Virus record (IMG/VR): IMGVR_UViG_3300017777_003723
Span: 2,752-66,751 of that record
Direction: 5' to 3' (one strand)
Length of the DNA stretch: 64,000 nt
From: a virus
Lineage: Duplodnaviria; Caudoviricetes
Of the stretch, positions 1-9,209 are shown one piece after another. The notes under the pieces were generated by a model. The model had not been told where the DNA came from. It saw nothing but the letters and a program-made list of their open reading frames with translations, and did not search any database. Made by a program: the position numbers and the translations under genes. The first letter of the stretch is position 1. Every line of letters starts with the position of its first letter.

Positions 1-179
1 CGCCGAACTCACCGCCCTGCTCTCCGCGGCGATGGCTGCGGAAGCGGCTAAGTCGTCGTTGACTGCTCCTCCGGTTGCGTAAGCTCCCTGCGGTCAACGT
101 AGGCAGAACAAGGCGGCATCTGGCTCTAAGCTAGGTGCCGCCCTTTCTGTTGACGGTAAACCTAAAGAGAAAGGCATCC

Positions 180-347
180 ATGGAACGGATTGCAAATGCA
201 GCCGCTGTGCTCGTGAAGCGCGGCGAGGTCAACCATCGGACGTACCGGTGGTGGCATCGGGAGGTTCGGATGGTCCTGAACGGCCATTACAAAGAGGACC
301 ACCTATGGTCCAAGCTGCACATCATCGCCGTGCTGTGCAACGACTGA
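180..347 (+). CDS. Hypothetical early protein (55 aa)
   Basis: ATG180 follows AGAAAGG; first of a run of co-oriented small genes. Confidence 0.6.
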   Translation: MERIANAAAVLVKRGEVNHRTYRWWHREVRMVLNGHYKEDHLWSKLHIIAVLCND

Positions 348-361
348 CCCCAAAACCACCC

Positions 362-667
362 ATGAGAGAAAATCTGTCACCCGGTCCGGCGATCATCAAC
401 CCGGAGGTCGTCAAGTCCGCCCTCCACAAGGCCGCGAAGAAGGTGGGTTACCACCAAGCGATGGCCCAAAAGGCTCGCGATAACGGAGACGGCAAGGAGG
501 CCGCTGACCACGCCATCAAGGCTCTTCAGATGGCTCTCATCATCGACCACACCCTCTTGCGGTACAGCTCGGCGTGGAACGAGTGCTACAACCACGCGGC
601 CCAGGAGTGGGACCGCCTCATCAATCCTGGCAAGGAATCGGCCTTGCCCGGCCTGGCCCGGAACTAA
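362..667 (+). CDS. Hypothetical helical protein (101 aa)
   Basis: ATG362 follows a C/A-rich leader; GC3-biased codons. Confidence 0.7.
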   Translation: MRENLSPGPAIINPEVVKSALHKAAKKVGYHQAMAQKARDNGDGKEAADHAIKALQMALIIDHTLLRYSSAWNECYNHAAQEWDRLINPGKESALPGLARN

Positions 668-675
668 GTCGCCGA

Positions 676-721
676 TTGAAGCCTCCCCTGCGGTCGCAGC
701 GATTGCAGCGGGAGCATTCAA
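676..721. repeat. Intergenic hairpin element, copy 1
   Basis: TTGAAGCCTCCC...GGGAGCATTCAA imperfect inverted repeat followed by CAACCAACAAACCAAAGG. Confidence 0.75.
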
Positions 722-753
722 CCGACGGTCAACCAACAAACCAAAGGCACATC

Positions 754-1002
754 ATGCGTCAGTCACAAGGCACTGTTGAATCCCTCGAAATGATGATTAG
801 CAAGGCGAAGCGGGCTGCCAACTGGCAGCTCCACAGCGGGAACATTCACGATGCACTCGTGAACGCGGAGCAGGCCGCGGAATGGGAAGTCGAACTGGCC
901 CAAGGAAAATTGGCCCGTCTCCGTGGCATCAAGATCACCGAAGAGGGCGACGAGGCGGTGCCCAAGGACACTGTGCCCAAGGGTTGGGCGACCGCAGGCT
1001 GA
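754..1002 (+). CDS. Hypothetical protein (82 aa)
   Basis: ATG754 follows AAAGG; GC3 bias. Confidence 0.7.
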   Translation: MRQSQGTVESLEMMISKAKRAANWQLHSGNIHDALVNAEQAAEWEVELAQGKLARLRGIKITEEGDEAVPKDTVPKGWATAG

Positions 1003-1006
1003 GCGG

Positions 1007-1047
1007 TTGAAGGCTCCCCTTCGGAGGTCCGGAGCGGGAGCATTCAA
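1007..1047. repeat. Intergenic hairpin element, copy 2
   Basis: TTGAAGGCTCCC-CTTCGG-AGGT-CCGGAG-C-GGGAGCATTCAA followed by CAACCAACCAAAGG. Confidence 0.75.
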
Positions 1048-1071
1048 TCTCGCAACCAACCAAAGGACAAA

Positions 1072-1368
1072 ATGAAGCCAAGAAAAGGAGAGATAGCGGA
1101 ACCGGAACCGAGGTTCGCCCTCGGCGACGTGTTAATCACGTCCAACGCGGCGTTACAACTGGACATGATGCAAGTGGCGCGTTCCATCCGTCGCCACGTT
1201 AGGGGCGATTGGGGGGACGTATGCACCGAGGACGAAAACGCGAACGATGTGGCCCTCGTGGATGGCGAGCGAATCGTCTCTGTCTACGGAGACGGAGCGT
1301 TCAAATTCTACATCATCACGGAGGCCGACCGCTCGGTCACCACGGTCCTGATGCCGGAGGATTACTGA
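1072..1368 (+). CDS. Small plasmid/ICE/phage leading-region family protein (GDWG...ITEADRS...LMPEDY)
   Basis: Motifs RHVRGDWGDV and YIITEADRSVTTVLMPEDY match a widespread mobile-element family of unknown function. Confidence 0.8.
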   Translation: MKPRKGEIAEPEPRFALGDVLITSNAALQLDMMQVARSIRRHVRGDWGDVCTEDENANDVALVDGERIVSVYGDGAFKFYIITEADRSVTTVLMPEDY

Positions 1369-1622
1369 TGACTGCCATGATTTGGAGAAAGCACCGGGCC
1401 ATCGGCGACTGGCAGCCTCCGACAACGGAGTGCTACCCGTACACGATCACGACCCTTCCCAAGAAGCGGTACGTCCTGACGCTGAGCCCATCGGAGACGG
1501 TGATGGGTGAGTGGTCCAACATCCGCGAGGCGAAGGCATTCGCTCAACAACACAGTGAAACAGCACTCCACCTCGGGGTGGAGTGGAAATACAAGGAGCT
1601 AGTGGAGGTAGAGGTGGCATGA
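1368..1622 (+). CDS. Hypothetical protein (84 aa)
   Basis: TGATG stop/start coupling with the upstream gene. Confidence 0.6.
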   Translation: MTAMIWRKHRAIGDWQPPTTECYPYTITTLPKKRYVLTLSPSETVMGEWSNIREAKAFAQQHSETALHLGVEWKYKELVEVEVA

Positions 1623-1774
1623 TCCACGACAGCCCGAGGGCATACACACGGTTCCGCATCCTGAAGCGTGGCGGGCTGGATGACAAACGAGCCAAGCTCT
1701 GCGCCGACAACTGGCAAAGCAGCAGCGTGATGGCCCTGCTCCGGAAGTGGGGGCAAGGGTTCTTCAAGACGTGA
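1619..1774 (+). CDS. Hypothetical protein (51 aa)
   Basis: ATGA coupling with the upstream gene. Confidence 0.5.
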   Translation: MIHDSPRAYTRFRILKRGGLDDKRAKLCADNWQSSSVMALLRKWGQGFFKT

Positions 1775-1884
1775 GACGTGAGACGGTGGTGAAGCACGGC
1801 GGCATCTGGAAACGGGTGCCGCCTTCTTCGTCCCCAGCACCAACGCATGGAGCGATTGCAGCAAACAACAAGAAAGGCTACACA

Positions 1885-2274
1885 GTGAATCCTACCACCA
1901 AGTCCGTGTTCGTGTTCAGTGCGGAGAAGGAGACGGCCGGAACGTTCAGGTACGCCGAATTCATCCCCTCCGGGGACAAGAAAGATGCAGTCATCACGTC
2001 TTTGTACGTGAAGAAGGGCAACCCGTTGGCCGGTAAGGCTACGCTGACGGCCACTCTGGAGGAGGACGACGGCTCTGCGGTGGCTCCTGCCCCCGGTGTG
2101 TACGTCCTCAAGTTCAACACGGAGAAGGAGACGGCCGGCACCCACCGGTTCGCCGAGGTGCCCGACTCCGGCGACAAGAAGGACGCCGTGCTCGGCACCC
2201 TGTATGTGAAGAAGGGCCACCCGTTGTCCGGAAAGGCGAAGCTCCGGGTGACGCTCTCTGAAGCGAAGAAGTAA
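1885..2274 (+). CDS. Protein with two tandem EKET-x-GT...LYVKK beta-rich repeats
   Basis: GTG1885 follows AGAAAGG; two ~50-aa repeats; strong codon bias. Confidence 0.8.
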   Translation: MNPTTKSVFVFSAEKETAGTFRYAEFIPSGDKKDAVITSLYVKKGNPLAGKATLTATLEEDDGSAVAPAPGVYVLKFNTEKETAGTHRFAEVPDSGDKKDAVLGTLYVKKGHPLSGKAKLRVTLSEAKK

Positions 2275-2281
2275 CGGCACC

Positions 2282-2320
2282 AAGGGCCGCATCCGCATCA
2301 GGTGGGTGCGGCCCTTCTTG
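2282..2320 (+). terminator. Probable intrinsic terminator
   Basis: AAGGGCCGCATCC/GGGTGCGGCCCTT hairpin followed by CTTGT, just after the stop at 2274. Confidence 0.65.
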
Positions 2321-2324
2321 TACC

Positions 2325-2621
2325 ATGAGAACTATCAGTGAGGACCAATGGTTTTGGGAGTTTAAGCCGATGCCCAACCCATTCCAGGGATGGAGCAATA
2401 TGTTCTTCGACGCATTCGGTGAGGATCTGGACTTCGTAAAGGCGATGCACGAACTCAACCCGCGGTGCATCTGGACGCAGATCGAGACGGACAACACCGA
2501 CGACGACGACTGCGTCAAGTCAATCATCACTCCCGGCTACCAATGTGGGGGAAGCCTTGGGTACTACATCACAGAGGTTCCGTTCGACGAGTCGGATGTA
2601 ACCGAGCTGACTGTTGATTAA
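2325..2621 (+). CDS. Hypothetical acidic protein (98 aa)
   Basis: ORF in the early gene run. Confidence 0.7.
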   Translation: MRTISEDQWFWEFKPMPNPFQGWSNMFFDAFGEDLDFVKAMHELNPRCIWTQIETDNTDDDDCVKSIITPGYQCGGSLGYYITEVPFDESDVTELTVD

Positions 2622-2624
2622 AAA

Positions 2625-2636
2625 TGTAACGTTACA
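2625..2636. promoter_or_regulatory. Palindromic operator-like site TGTAACGTTACA (perfect)
   Basis: Within ATGTAACGTTACAT; 4 nt before ATG2641. Confidence 0.8.
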
Positions 2637-2640
2637 TCTA

Positions 2641-2838
2641 ATGCGAAACCACATCCTAACGTTTCCGCTCTCGCTACGACTGGCCGGTATGGGCTGGGTT
2701 ATGCGGCAGGGAATCTTCGACCGCGAGCTACTGGAAAGCCCAAGTGGGCAGACGTGGCTCATCACCAAACGGCCGGGTCGGTTCATCGCTGAGCCGGTGC
2801 GGTCATCCGACAAACGAAACGCAGCAAACGATAAATGA
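2641..2838 (+). CDS. Hypothetical protein (65 aa)
   Basis: ORF coupled to the next gene. Confidence 0.55.
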   Translation: MRNHILTFPLSLRLAGMGWVMRQGIFDRELLESPSGQTWLITKRPGRFIAEPVRSSDKRNAANDK

Positions 2839-3143
2839 TTATGGACATCAAACAACCCACCCCCTTGCCGCCGTTCAATGCGGACCTATCCGCATACGGT
2901 TATCCTGGCGACCAAACCAACGGCCAACGCGCCGACCGTGCAGAGGCCGTGTTCAAAGAATACAAGCGTCTGCTCGGGGACGTGCAGCCTCCGGACTCGA
3001 TGGACGTGCAAGACCTCCTGAGTGACATCATGCACTGGGCACACCGCGAAGGTTACGACCTCACGCTCGGCACCGGTGACATCGCTGAACTAAGCGAAAA
3101 CGCATACGAACATTTCCTGCATGAGTGCGGAGGTGACCAATGA
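2835..3143 (+). CDS. Hypothetical protein (102 aa)
   Basis: Coupled ORF; DLLSDIMHW motif seen in small phage proteins. Confidence 0.7.
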   Translation: MIMDIKQPTPLPPFNADLSAYGYPGDQTNGQRADRAEAVFKEYKRLLGDVQPPDSMDVQDLLSDIMHWAHREGYDLTLGTGDIAELSENAYEHFLHECGGDQ

Positions 3144-3328
3144 AACACCTCCCCATCCTGAAACCGGGGTCCATTGACTACCAGTTCACCGAGGACGTGA
3201 ACCGACGGCAACGTTGGCGACGCTTCGTTCGTGATGCGATTGCCATTGGTTGGCCTTTCATTGTTCCAATCGCAATCGCGATTGGATTCCTGCTCGGCTA
3301 CGTAGTCGGGATTTCTCACCACCACTGA
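3140..3328 (+). CDS. Small membrane protein (62 aa)
   Basis: C-terminal hydrophobic stretch AIAIGWPFIVPIAIAIGFLLGYVVGI. Confidence 0.65.
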   Translation: MKHLPILKPGSIDYQFTEDVNRRQRWRRFVRDAIAIGWPFIVPIAIAIGFLLGYVVGISHHH

Positions 3329-3344
3329 ACCACAAACCAAACGT

Positions 3345-4178
3345 ATGAATCGTATCACAACAAACCCGCTCGGCATTCCGGGCGAAGCGACAGAAGAGGT
3401 CGAGTGCGACTGCGACGACATGAAACCCGGAGACCGGGTCGTCATCATCGGAGAGTTCTGTGACGCCACTAAGACAATGGTGGTCCTGCCGGTTGCGACC
3501 ATGCTGGAGCCTCGTCTCTTCGACTTCAAGAATGGGGTCGCCACCGAGCAAGAGTTGGCCAACGTGATTCGGGAGAAGATTGTTGAATTCTTCCAGCGAA
3601 AGATTGGTTGTGAGCCACCAAAAGAGTTGGTTGACCGGATGTTCGACGCGACCTTGGAGAGATTCAAGGTGCGGCAGTTCCGGTTCGATGACGGCACCGT
3701 CATCAACGAGTCGGAGATCGCCACCATCGGGTCGGAGGCTTGCGCTGGGAGCAAGTTGGAGGCGATGAAGTCGCTACCTCCCGACCATAAGCTCCATGGT
3801 ACAAAGGTGGTTCGCATCACCGATGTTGCGGCGTGGATTGCGGTCAAGCGCAGCCCCATCGTGGGCCACGTTGGAGGGGTGGAAGAGGACGGAACGGTGG
3901 TGAAAGGCAGGCCCATCCACGCACTGGAAGACATCACCAAGTTGACGAAGCCCCAGTGGGTGGTGTCGGAGGTCGTGTTTCCGGATGTGGACCCGGCGAT
4001 AGTCACCACTACCAACTGCAGCAAGTGCGGCTGTGTTTGCTACCGTCACAGCAAAGAGTCGGTCGCGTTCATGGCGTTGCCGAGTGTCTGCGTCCCATGC
4101 TTCGATGCCATGGACTTGAAGGGAATCGTGGCCGAGAAGAGGGCCAAGCGAGAAGGCGCGGACTCCTTCAGCGCATGA
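3345..4178 (+). CDS. Hypothetical protein with C-terminal Cys cluster (277 aa)
   Basis: CSKCGCVC...CVPC possible zinc ribbon. Confidence 0.7.
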   Translation: MNRITTNPLGIPGEATEEVECDCDDMKPGDRVVIIGEFCDATKTMVVLPVATMLEPRLFDFKNGVATEQELANVIREKIVEFFQRKIGCEPPKELVDRMFDATLERFKVRQFRFDDGTVINESEIATIGSEACAGSKLEAMKSLPPDHKLHGTKVVRITDVAAWIAVKRSPIVGHVGGVEEDGTVVKGRPIHALEDITKLTKPQWVVSEVVFPDVDPAIVTTTNCSKCGCVCYRHSKESVAFMALPSVCVPCFDAMDLKGIVAEKRAKREGADSFSA

Positions 4179-4522
4179 AGAACGAGGTACACAGGTGGCT
4201 AGAGGAGGAGTTGCTACTCCTAACGGTCACGCAAGGTAGCTGGGTGTGGTGCGTCCGGCCTTCAATCGGGATGCACAGCGACGATGTGGTCAATCTACGG
4301 AAGGCCGGGTTCAAGCTGTCCACGAAGCGGAACCAATACTTCCACGTCTCGACCAAGTTCCTGCCGGGAGAAATGGCGGAAGGACTCCACTCCGAACCCA
4401 TCCCGTTCCCGGTGGGGTACGTGAAGCGCAAGCCGGGTCCGAAGAAGGGCAGCAAGCAAGCCGCGGAGGCTCACGATGCACGAGTCGTATTGACCATGTT
4501 GTTGACGTCGGCTCCTGACTGA
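4175..4522 (+). CDS. Hypothetical basic protein (115 aa)
   Basis: ATGA coupling; MKNEVHRWLEEELLL start. Confidence 0.6.
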   Translation: MKNEVHRWLEEELLLLTVTQGSWVWCVRPSIGMHSDDVVNLRKAGFKLSTKRNQYFHVSTKFLPGEMAEGLHSEPIPFPVGYVKRKPGPKKGSKQAAEAHDARVVLTMLLTSAPD

Positions 4523-4657
4523 CCCCACACATCACACCTCTCGGTGGTACATCAAGCCGCGGTCGTCGTCGTCCTGTCGGGCGTCGGTGGCCGCGGCCTT
4601 TCCATGCCCCGCTGGGGTGACAGGAATCTTCAACTGATGCGAACTCGGTCCTCGGGC

Positions 4658-4669
4658 TGTGACGTTACA
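4658..4669. promoter_or_regulatory. Operator-like site TGTGACGTTACA
   Basis: 1 mismatch to the consensus; intergenic, upstream of the AAA gene. Confidence 0.75.
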
Positions 4670-4748
4670 GCGGTGCCATTGTGCCCCGCCGTCATGCCCT
4701 GTGGACCGAGCTGCGCGACAGCACAGCGAACAGACAAGCTAAGACGCT

Positions 4749-6344
4749 ATGAGCACTACCCTCACTACCTCCCCCCGTTCCGCATGGATGGCCACCACCG
4801 CTCCGACCATCGACAAGATCTTCAGACCGGCTTCCGGGAAACGTCCAGCCCAAGCGGCCTTGGTGGACCTCGTGTTCATCAACCTCACCGCAGTTGACTA
4901 CATAGAACTCGCCTCGCTCATTGAGTCGGACAAGTTCGAGGCGATAAAGATGGTCGCCGCCGCGGTGCAGACCGCGGACTTCACGCCGGTCGAAAAGTAC
5001 CTGGACGCGAGAGGCATCACCGTCCCCACCCCCGGACTCACTCCGGCTCCAGAGGAGGAGCCTACGGTGGTGGTCAAGCGCCGCTCGTCGAAACCCACCG
5101 CATCCACCGCATCTGCCAGTCCGGGCGAAGACGGCCCGTTAAAGCTCACCGGCGACCCCGAGGTGGACGCATTCATCCGGGTCAAACATGCAGAGCGGAT
5201 GGCAGCGAAGGCTGCGGCTGCTCCGAAGGGGATGTCCGAGGCCGAGGTGAAGACGCTCATCAGCGACACGTTGGCGTCCCTCCCCGGAGCCAAATTGGAC
5301 AAGCACGCCATCGCATCGGTGGCGGACGAACGGATCAACGGGTTCTTCGCGACATACAAGATGCCCACCGCGAAGGTGGCACTCGACCGGGTGGAGGCGG
5401 AGGCCACGGTATCCGCCATCCTCGGGGCTCAACTCGGCGAGGTGTTCACCCGTCTCGCCACCAGCGGGGCTGGCATGAAGACCGAGGAGGAGGCGTCTAC
5501 TGCCGTGCTCAGCGCGGCAACGGTCCCGGTTGTGGACCCGAGCTTCGTGGTCAGCGCCGACCATAAAAAGTGGATAGAGTTCATTGCCAGCCAAGCCAAG
5601 TCCAAGGGCGCAGCGAATCTGATGATTGCTGGACCCGCCGGGTGCGGGAAGTCGGAGTTCGCCCAGCACATCGCGGCAGTCTACAAGATGCCGCTCCTCA
5701 AGATGAACTGCCCGAACGTCCGGGAAGCCCGTGACTGGTTTGGGTACAAGGGGGCAAGCAACGGGTCAACGTACTGGAAGCGAAGCCAGTTCGAGTTGGC
5801 GGTCAGCACCGGCAACTGCGTCATCATGCTCGATGAAATCAACCGGGCCAACACCCATGTAACCAACACGCTGCTCCCCTTGTTGGACGACTTCCGGGCG
5901 TCGTTCGTCGAGGAATTGGGGTCCAAGGTCAAGGTCGGGCCGAACGTTATCTTCATCGGCACCATCAACATCGGGTTGCAATACACCGGCACGTTCACTC
6001 TGGACAAGGCGTTCAAGGACCGGTTCCCGGTTCTCTTGGAGATGTCGTACCTCCAGCCCGCCGAGGAAGCGGGCCTGCTCATCCACCGGGTCGGGGTGGA
6101 CAAGGACGTGGCCAAGCGCCTCGTGGATTTGGCCAACACCATCCGACAGAAGGCGTCCGGAATCGGAGGCGGTCTCAGCCATGGCATCGGCACACGGCAA
6201 CTGCTCGCCGCCGCCGAGGCTTACCTCGCCATCGGCAAGCCGGGCCTGCTCTGCACGATTGCGACCCACTACACCCAAGAAGGGGGAACCGACAGCGAAC
6301 GTGCCGCTGTATTGCAGATGATCGAAGGCAAGTTCCCCCGCTGA
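4749..6344 (+). CDS. MoxR/CbbQ/CobS-like AAA+ ATPase
   Basis: Walker A GPAGCGKS, Walker B IMLDEIN, and DKAFKDRF; adjacent to a VWA gene. Confidence 0.9.
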   Translation: MSTTLTTSPRSAWMATTAPTIDKIFRPASGKRPAQAALVDLVFINLTAVDYIELASLIESDKFEAIKMVAAAVQTADFTPVEKYLDARGITVPTPGLTPAPEEEPTVVVKRRSSKPTASTASASPGEDGPLKLTGDPEVDAFIRVKHAERMAAKAAAAPKGMSEAEVKTLISDTLASLPGAKLDKHAIASVADERINGFFATYKMPTAKVALDRVEAEATVSAILGAQLGEVFTRLATSGAGMKTEEEASTAVLSAATVPVVDPSFVVSADHKKWIEFIASQAKSKGAANLMIAGPAGCGKSEFAQHIAAVYKMPLLKMNCPNVREARDWFGYKGASNGSTYWKRSQFELAVSTGNCVIMLDEINRANTHVTNTLLPLLDDFRASFVEELGSKVKVGPNVIFIGTINIGLQYTGTFTLDKAFKDRFPVLLEMSYLQPAEEAGLLIHRVGVDKDVAKRLVDLANTIRQKASGIGGGLSHGIGTRQLLAAAEAYLAIGKPGLLCTIATHYTQEGGTDSERAAVLQMIEGKFPR

Positions 6345-6381
6345 TCCGTCCACTCACACAACCTACAACCAAAGGAACACG

Positions 6382-8601
6382 ATGGCCTACGAACATAACC
6401 CTGGAAAATACGACTACACCACCGAGAAGTCCCGCCCGAAGGAGTGGTGGGAGTACGAGCTGGACGAGGACGGCCCCGACATCAACGCGGGAGGCAAAGG
6501 CCATTCCCGGTCTGTCAGCAGCCGGTGGCAGCAACACCTCGGGCACAGCTACCAAGAGCAAAGCTGGTGGACCGGATACTCCAGCGGAAACAGCAAGGAG
6601 GAGCAGGTGGCCGCACTGAACAAACGCCGGCTGGAGAAGGCATCCCAGATGGTTGTCCGGCTGGCCAACACGGTCATCAACACGAACACGGACGATGATG
6701 GCAACCCCTTGAAGGCGGGAGAGAAAGTGCTCACGTTGAAGTGGGCCACCAAGGAGGAGGTGGCGGCTGGCAAGGCACTCAACACCCCCGTCAACAATGA
6801 CGTGCTCATATCTCCGGATTGGGTGCTAGAAAACACCGACCCGTCTCACGACGACATCGCTTGCGACGCCCTCGGGGGACAGGTGCTGCTCGGAGCCACC
6901 CTGAAACGCACCATGTCTGCGGGTCAGTTTGACTGGGCGATGAGCGACTTGGAGGCTGAGAAAATTCAGGCCGGCAAGGGCAAGGCTGACGCCATTGTCA
7001 AAGCAAGGATCGCAGCCGACGCGGCATACGTGGTGGAATGTGACGCCTTTGATGCATCATGTAAGATTGCGTCGGCCGCAAAAAAGAAAACCACGATGGC
7101 TCGGCCGGTTCAGAAGGGGGATAGTGAGTTGGACATCACCCCGTTCTTCAATGCCGGCGAGGCAGTACCTGTGCCGCTGAGCAAGTTCAGCAGGACTGTC
7201 TGGGAATCCATGGAACAGGCGTCGGCCAAGAAGAAGCTGCTCCAAGACTGGCCGGGCTTCTCCGGGTACATGAAGGCCCACGCCGACAAGACCAGTGCCG
7301 ACAAGCAAGAGGTTCAGGCGTACATCGAGGAGCAGATTGCATCCACCGAGAAGGGCTCGAAGTTCAAGGCGGTGGTGGCCGCGGCGCAATGGTCCATCCT
7401 GAACCAGCACAACCCGATCAGCATCGAGGACGAAGACGTTAGGTCGGCGGCTGCGGAGGTGGTCAGCACCTTGAGGCCGGCGATGGAGACGCCACACAAA
7501 AGATACGTAGCCGCAAAGGCGGCGATGAGTTCTCTCAAGAAACGGTTCGAGGTTCCGGAGGAGGTGCCCGGAGAAGACAAGCCCGAAGGTGGATTGCCAG
7601 ACATGGCCGACTCTTCGGTGATAGGTACAAGTCTGGTCCCGTCCGCCACCAAGGACCGCAACACACCCAACGACCAGAAGATGGATGGAGAGGACAAGCC
7701 GTCGTCACGTCCCGAGATCCCACCCTCGATGAGCGCTGACCCGAAGTTCCGCGTCAACAAGCGGTGGAGCCCTGACCCCATGAAAACGAAAGATAAATAT
7801 GACAAGGAGTGCAGGTTGGTCCGAGGGATGATTGATGGTATCTCCAAGGCCCTCATGTTCCGGGCAGATGTCCAAGCAACACCGCTCCACGGGTTGAAGT
7901 CCGGCGATCTGGACGAGGGTTCATTGGCGGACCTCGCGCTCCGAGAGGAACAGCCGAGGGTATGGCAGCGTGACGAGATCCAGACGGTCCATGACGTTGC
8001 GGTGTATCTGCTCATGGACGAGAGCGGGTCGATGGCGGGTGGCAGCTCGGGGAGAGACGCGGATGGTAACCCCATCCGACGGATTGAGTCTTGTCGTAGG
8101 GTGTGCATCGCCTTCTACGAGGCACTCTCCAGGCTGCGCGGCGTGAAGGTCGGCGTGTTTGGCCACACCACCAACGGGCACAACGATGTGGTCATCAACG
8201 AGTACGTCTCCCCCGACCACTGCAAACCTCAAGAGATGGCTAACGCCGAAGCGGTCTGCTGCAACATGGATGGGTTCGCGATTGAGTATGTGGTAGGACG
8301 GTTGGCCAAGGACTATCCACAAGTGAAGCAGCGCTATGTGTTCGTGCTCTCCGACGGCCAACCGTCTGGAGACAGTGATTACGGCGGAGCAGATGCGTTC
8401 AGTCACATGCTCAGCGTCAACAAGTGGGCGCGGTCCATGCACGGCACCCATGTCTACGGCCTTGGGCTGGACGGCGAGCCGACACTGGCAGCAGGCGAGC
8501 AGATGTATGGTAAGGGCCGGTTCGTCTGCCTCCCGAACGTCACTGGCGCTGTGCCGGTCATCACTGCCTTCCTCTCGAAAGTCTTGGCGAAGGCGGCTTG
8601 A
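6382..8601 (+). CDS. CobT-like VWA-domain protein, partner of the AAA+ ATPase
   Basis: MIDAS LLMDESGSM and VLSDGQPS; SGDLDEGSL segment typical of CobT/NorD-like proteins. Confidence 0.88.
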   Translation: MAYEHNPGKYDYTTEKSRPKEWWEYELDEDGPDINAGGKGHSRSVSSRWQQHLGHSYQEQSWWTGYSSGNSKEEQVAALNKRRLEKASQMVVRLANTVINTNTDDDGNPLKAGEKVLTLKWATKEEVAAGKALNTPVNNDVLISPDWVLENTDPSHDDIACDALGGQVLLGATLKRTMSAGQFDWAMSDLEAEKIQAGKGKADAIVKARIAADAAYVVECDAFDASCKIASAAKKKTTMARPVQKGDSELDITPFFNAGEAVPVPLSKFSRTVWESMEQASAKKKLLQDWPGFSGYMKAHADKTSADKQEVQAYIEEQIASTEKGSKFKAVVAAAQWSILNQHNPISIEDEDVRSAAAEVVSTLRPAMETPHKRYVAAKAAMSSLKKRFEVPEEVPGEDKPEGGLPDMADSSVIGTSLVPSATKDRNTPNDQKMDGEDKPSSRPEIPPSMSADPKFRVNKRWSPDPMKTKDKYDKECRLVRGMIDGISKALMFRADVQATPLHGLKSGDLDEGSLADLALREEQPRVWQRDEIQTVHDVAVYLLMDESGSMAGGSSGRDADGNPIRRIESCRRVCIAFYEALSRLRGVKVGVFGHTTNGHNDVVINEYVSPDHCKPQEMANAEAVCCNMDGFAIEYVVGRLAKDYPQVKQRYVFVLSDGQPSGDSDYGGADAFSHMLSVNKWARSMHGTHVYGLGLDGEPTLAAGEQMYGKGRFVCLPNVTGAVPVITAFLSKVLAKAA

Positions 8602-8636
8602 ACAAACCATCACATTATCGAAAAGGAACAACCACA

Positions 8637-9173
8637 ATGAGCCAGCAATTCAGGATAGTGAATGTCACGAAGCGTCAGTTCATCGACCCGGCATCGTTCG
8701 GCGCGCTGCCAACTCTGCTTAGCCTAGCGGCAGCCAAGCTCCCAGCCACCGCGTTGATGGTGCTTATCGCCAACTCGCTTGGTCAGGTCCGTCATTACGG
8801 ACGAGACGACCTCAAGCCCACCTCCGCGGTGCCGGGTAGCTGGGCCGGAGACATCATCATCATGGCCGGGGAGTACGCTGATCTATCATGCAGCGGAGAG
8901 GATGAGTGCAGGCTGGAGGATGCCAGCAACATCAACCTCTACAACAGGTGCGTACCCTTCCACGAGCAGATAACCAGCGAGGTGCCAGGGTCGGAGCAGA
9001 TCACCGACATCACGCCGAGCATCATGGCGGAGTTGATGAACGACCCCCAACTGGACACCGACCTTCGGGAGTCGATTAGCACATCCGGCTCCGAGAACGC
9101 CGAGGAGGCACTGGCAGCGGCTTGTCGTATCCGGTTGCTGGGCGAACACGGCATCAGTCTCCCTCCGGAATAA
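8637..9173 (+). CDS. Conserved hypothetical phage protein (178 aa)
   Basis: IVNVTKRQFIDP...GSWAGD motifs. Confidence 0.7.
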   Translation: MSQQFRIVNVTKRQFIDPASFGALPTLLSLAAAKLPATALMVLIANSLGQVRHYGRDDLKPTSAVPGSWAGDIIIMAGEYADLSCSGEDECRLEDASNINLYNRCVPFHEQITSEVPGSEQITDITPSIMAELMNDPQLDTDLRESISTSGSENAEEALAAACRIRLLGEHGISLPPE

Positions 9174-9209
9174 GGATCAACGATATGCGTCATCGAAAGG
9201 AGTTGTGCC

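Noticed and set aside
676-1047. Early hairpins as integron attC sites
   Set aside because: The ends read TTGAA...TTCAA rather than RYYYAAC...GTTRRRY, and the integrase lacks integron features.
4630-4712. Hammerhead ribozyme (CTGATG followed by a stem)
   Set aside because: The core reads CTGATGCGA rather than CTGATGA, and there is no correctly placed GAAA.
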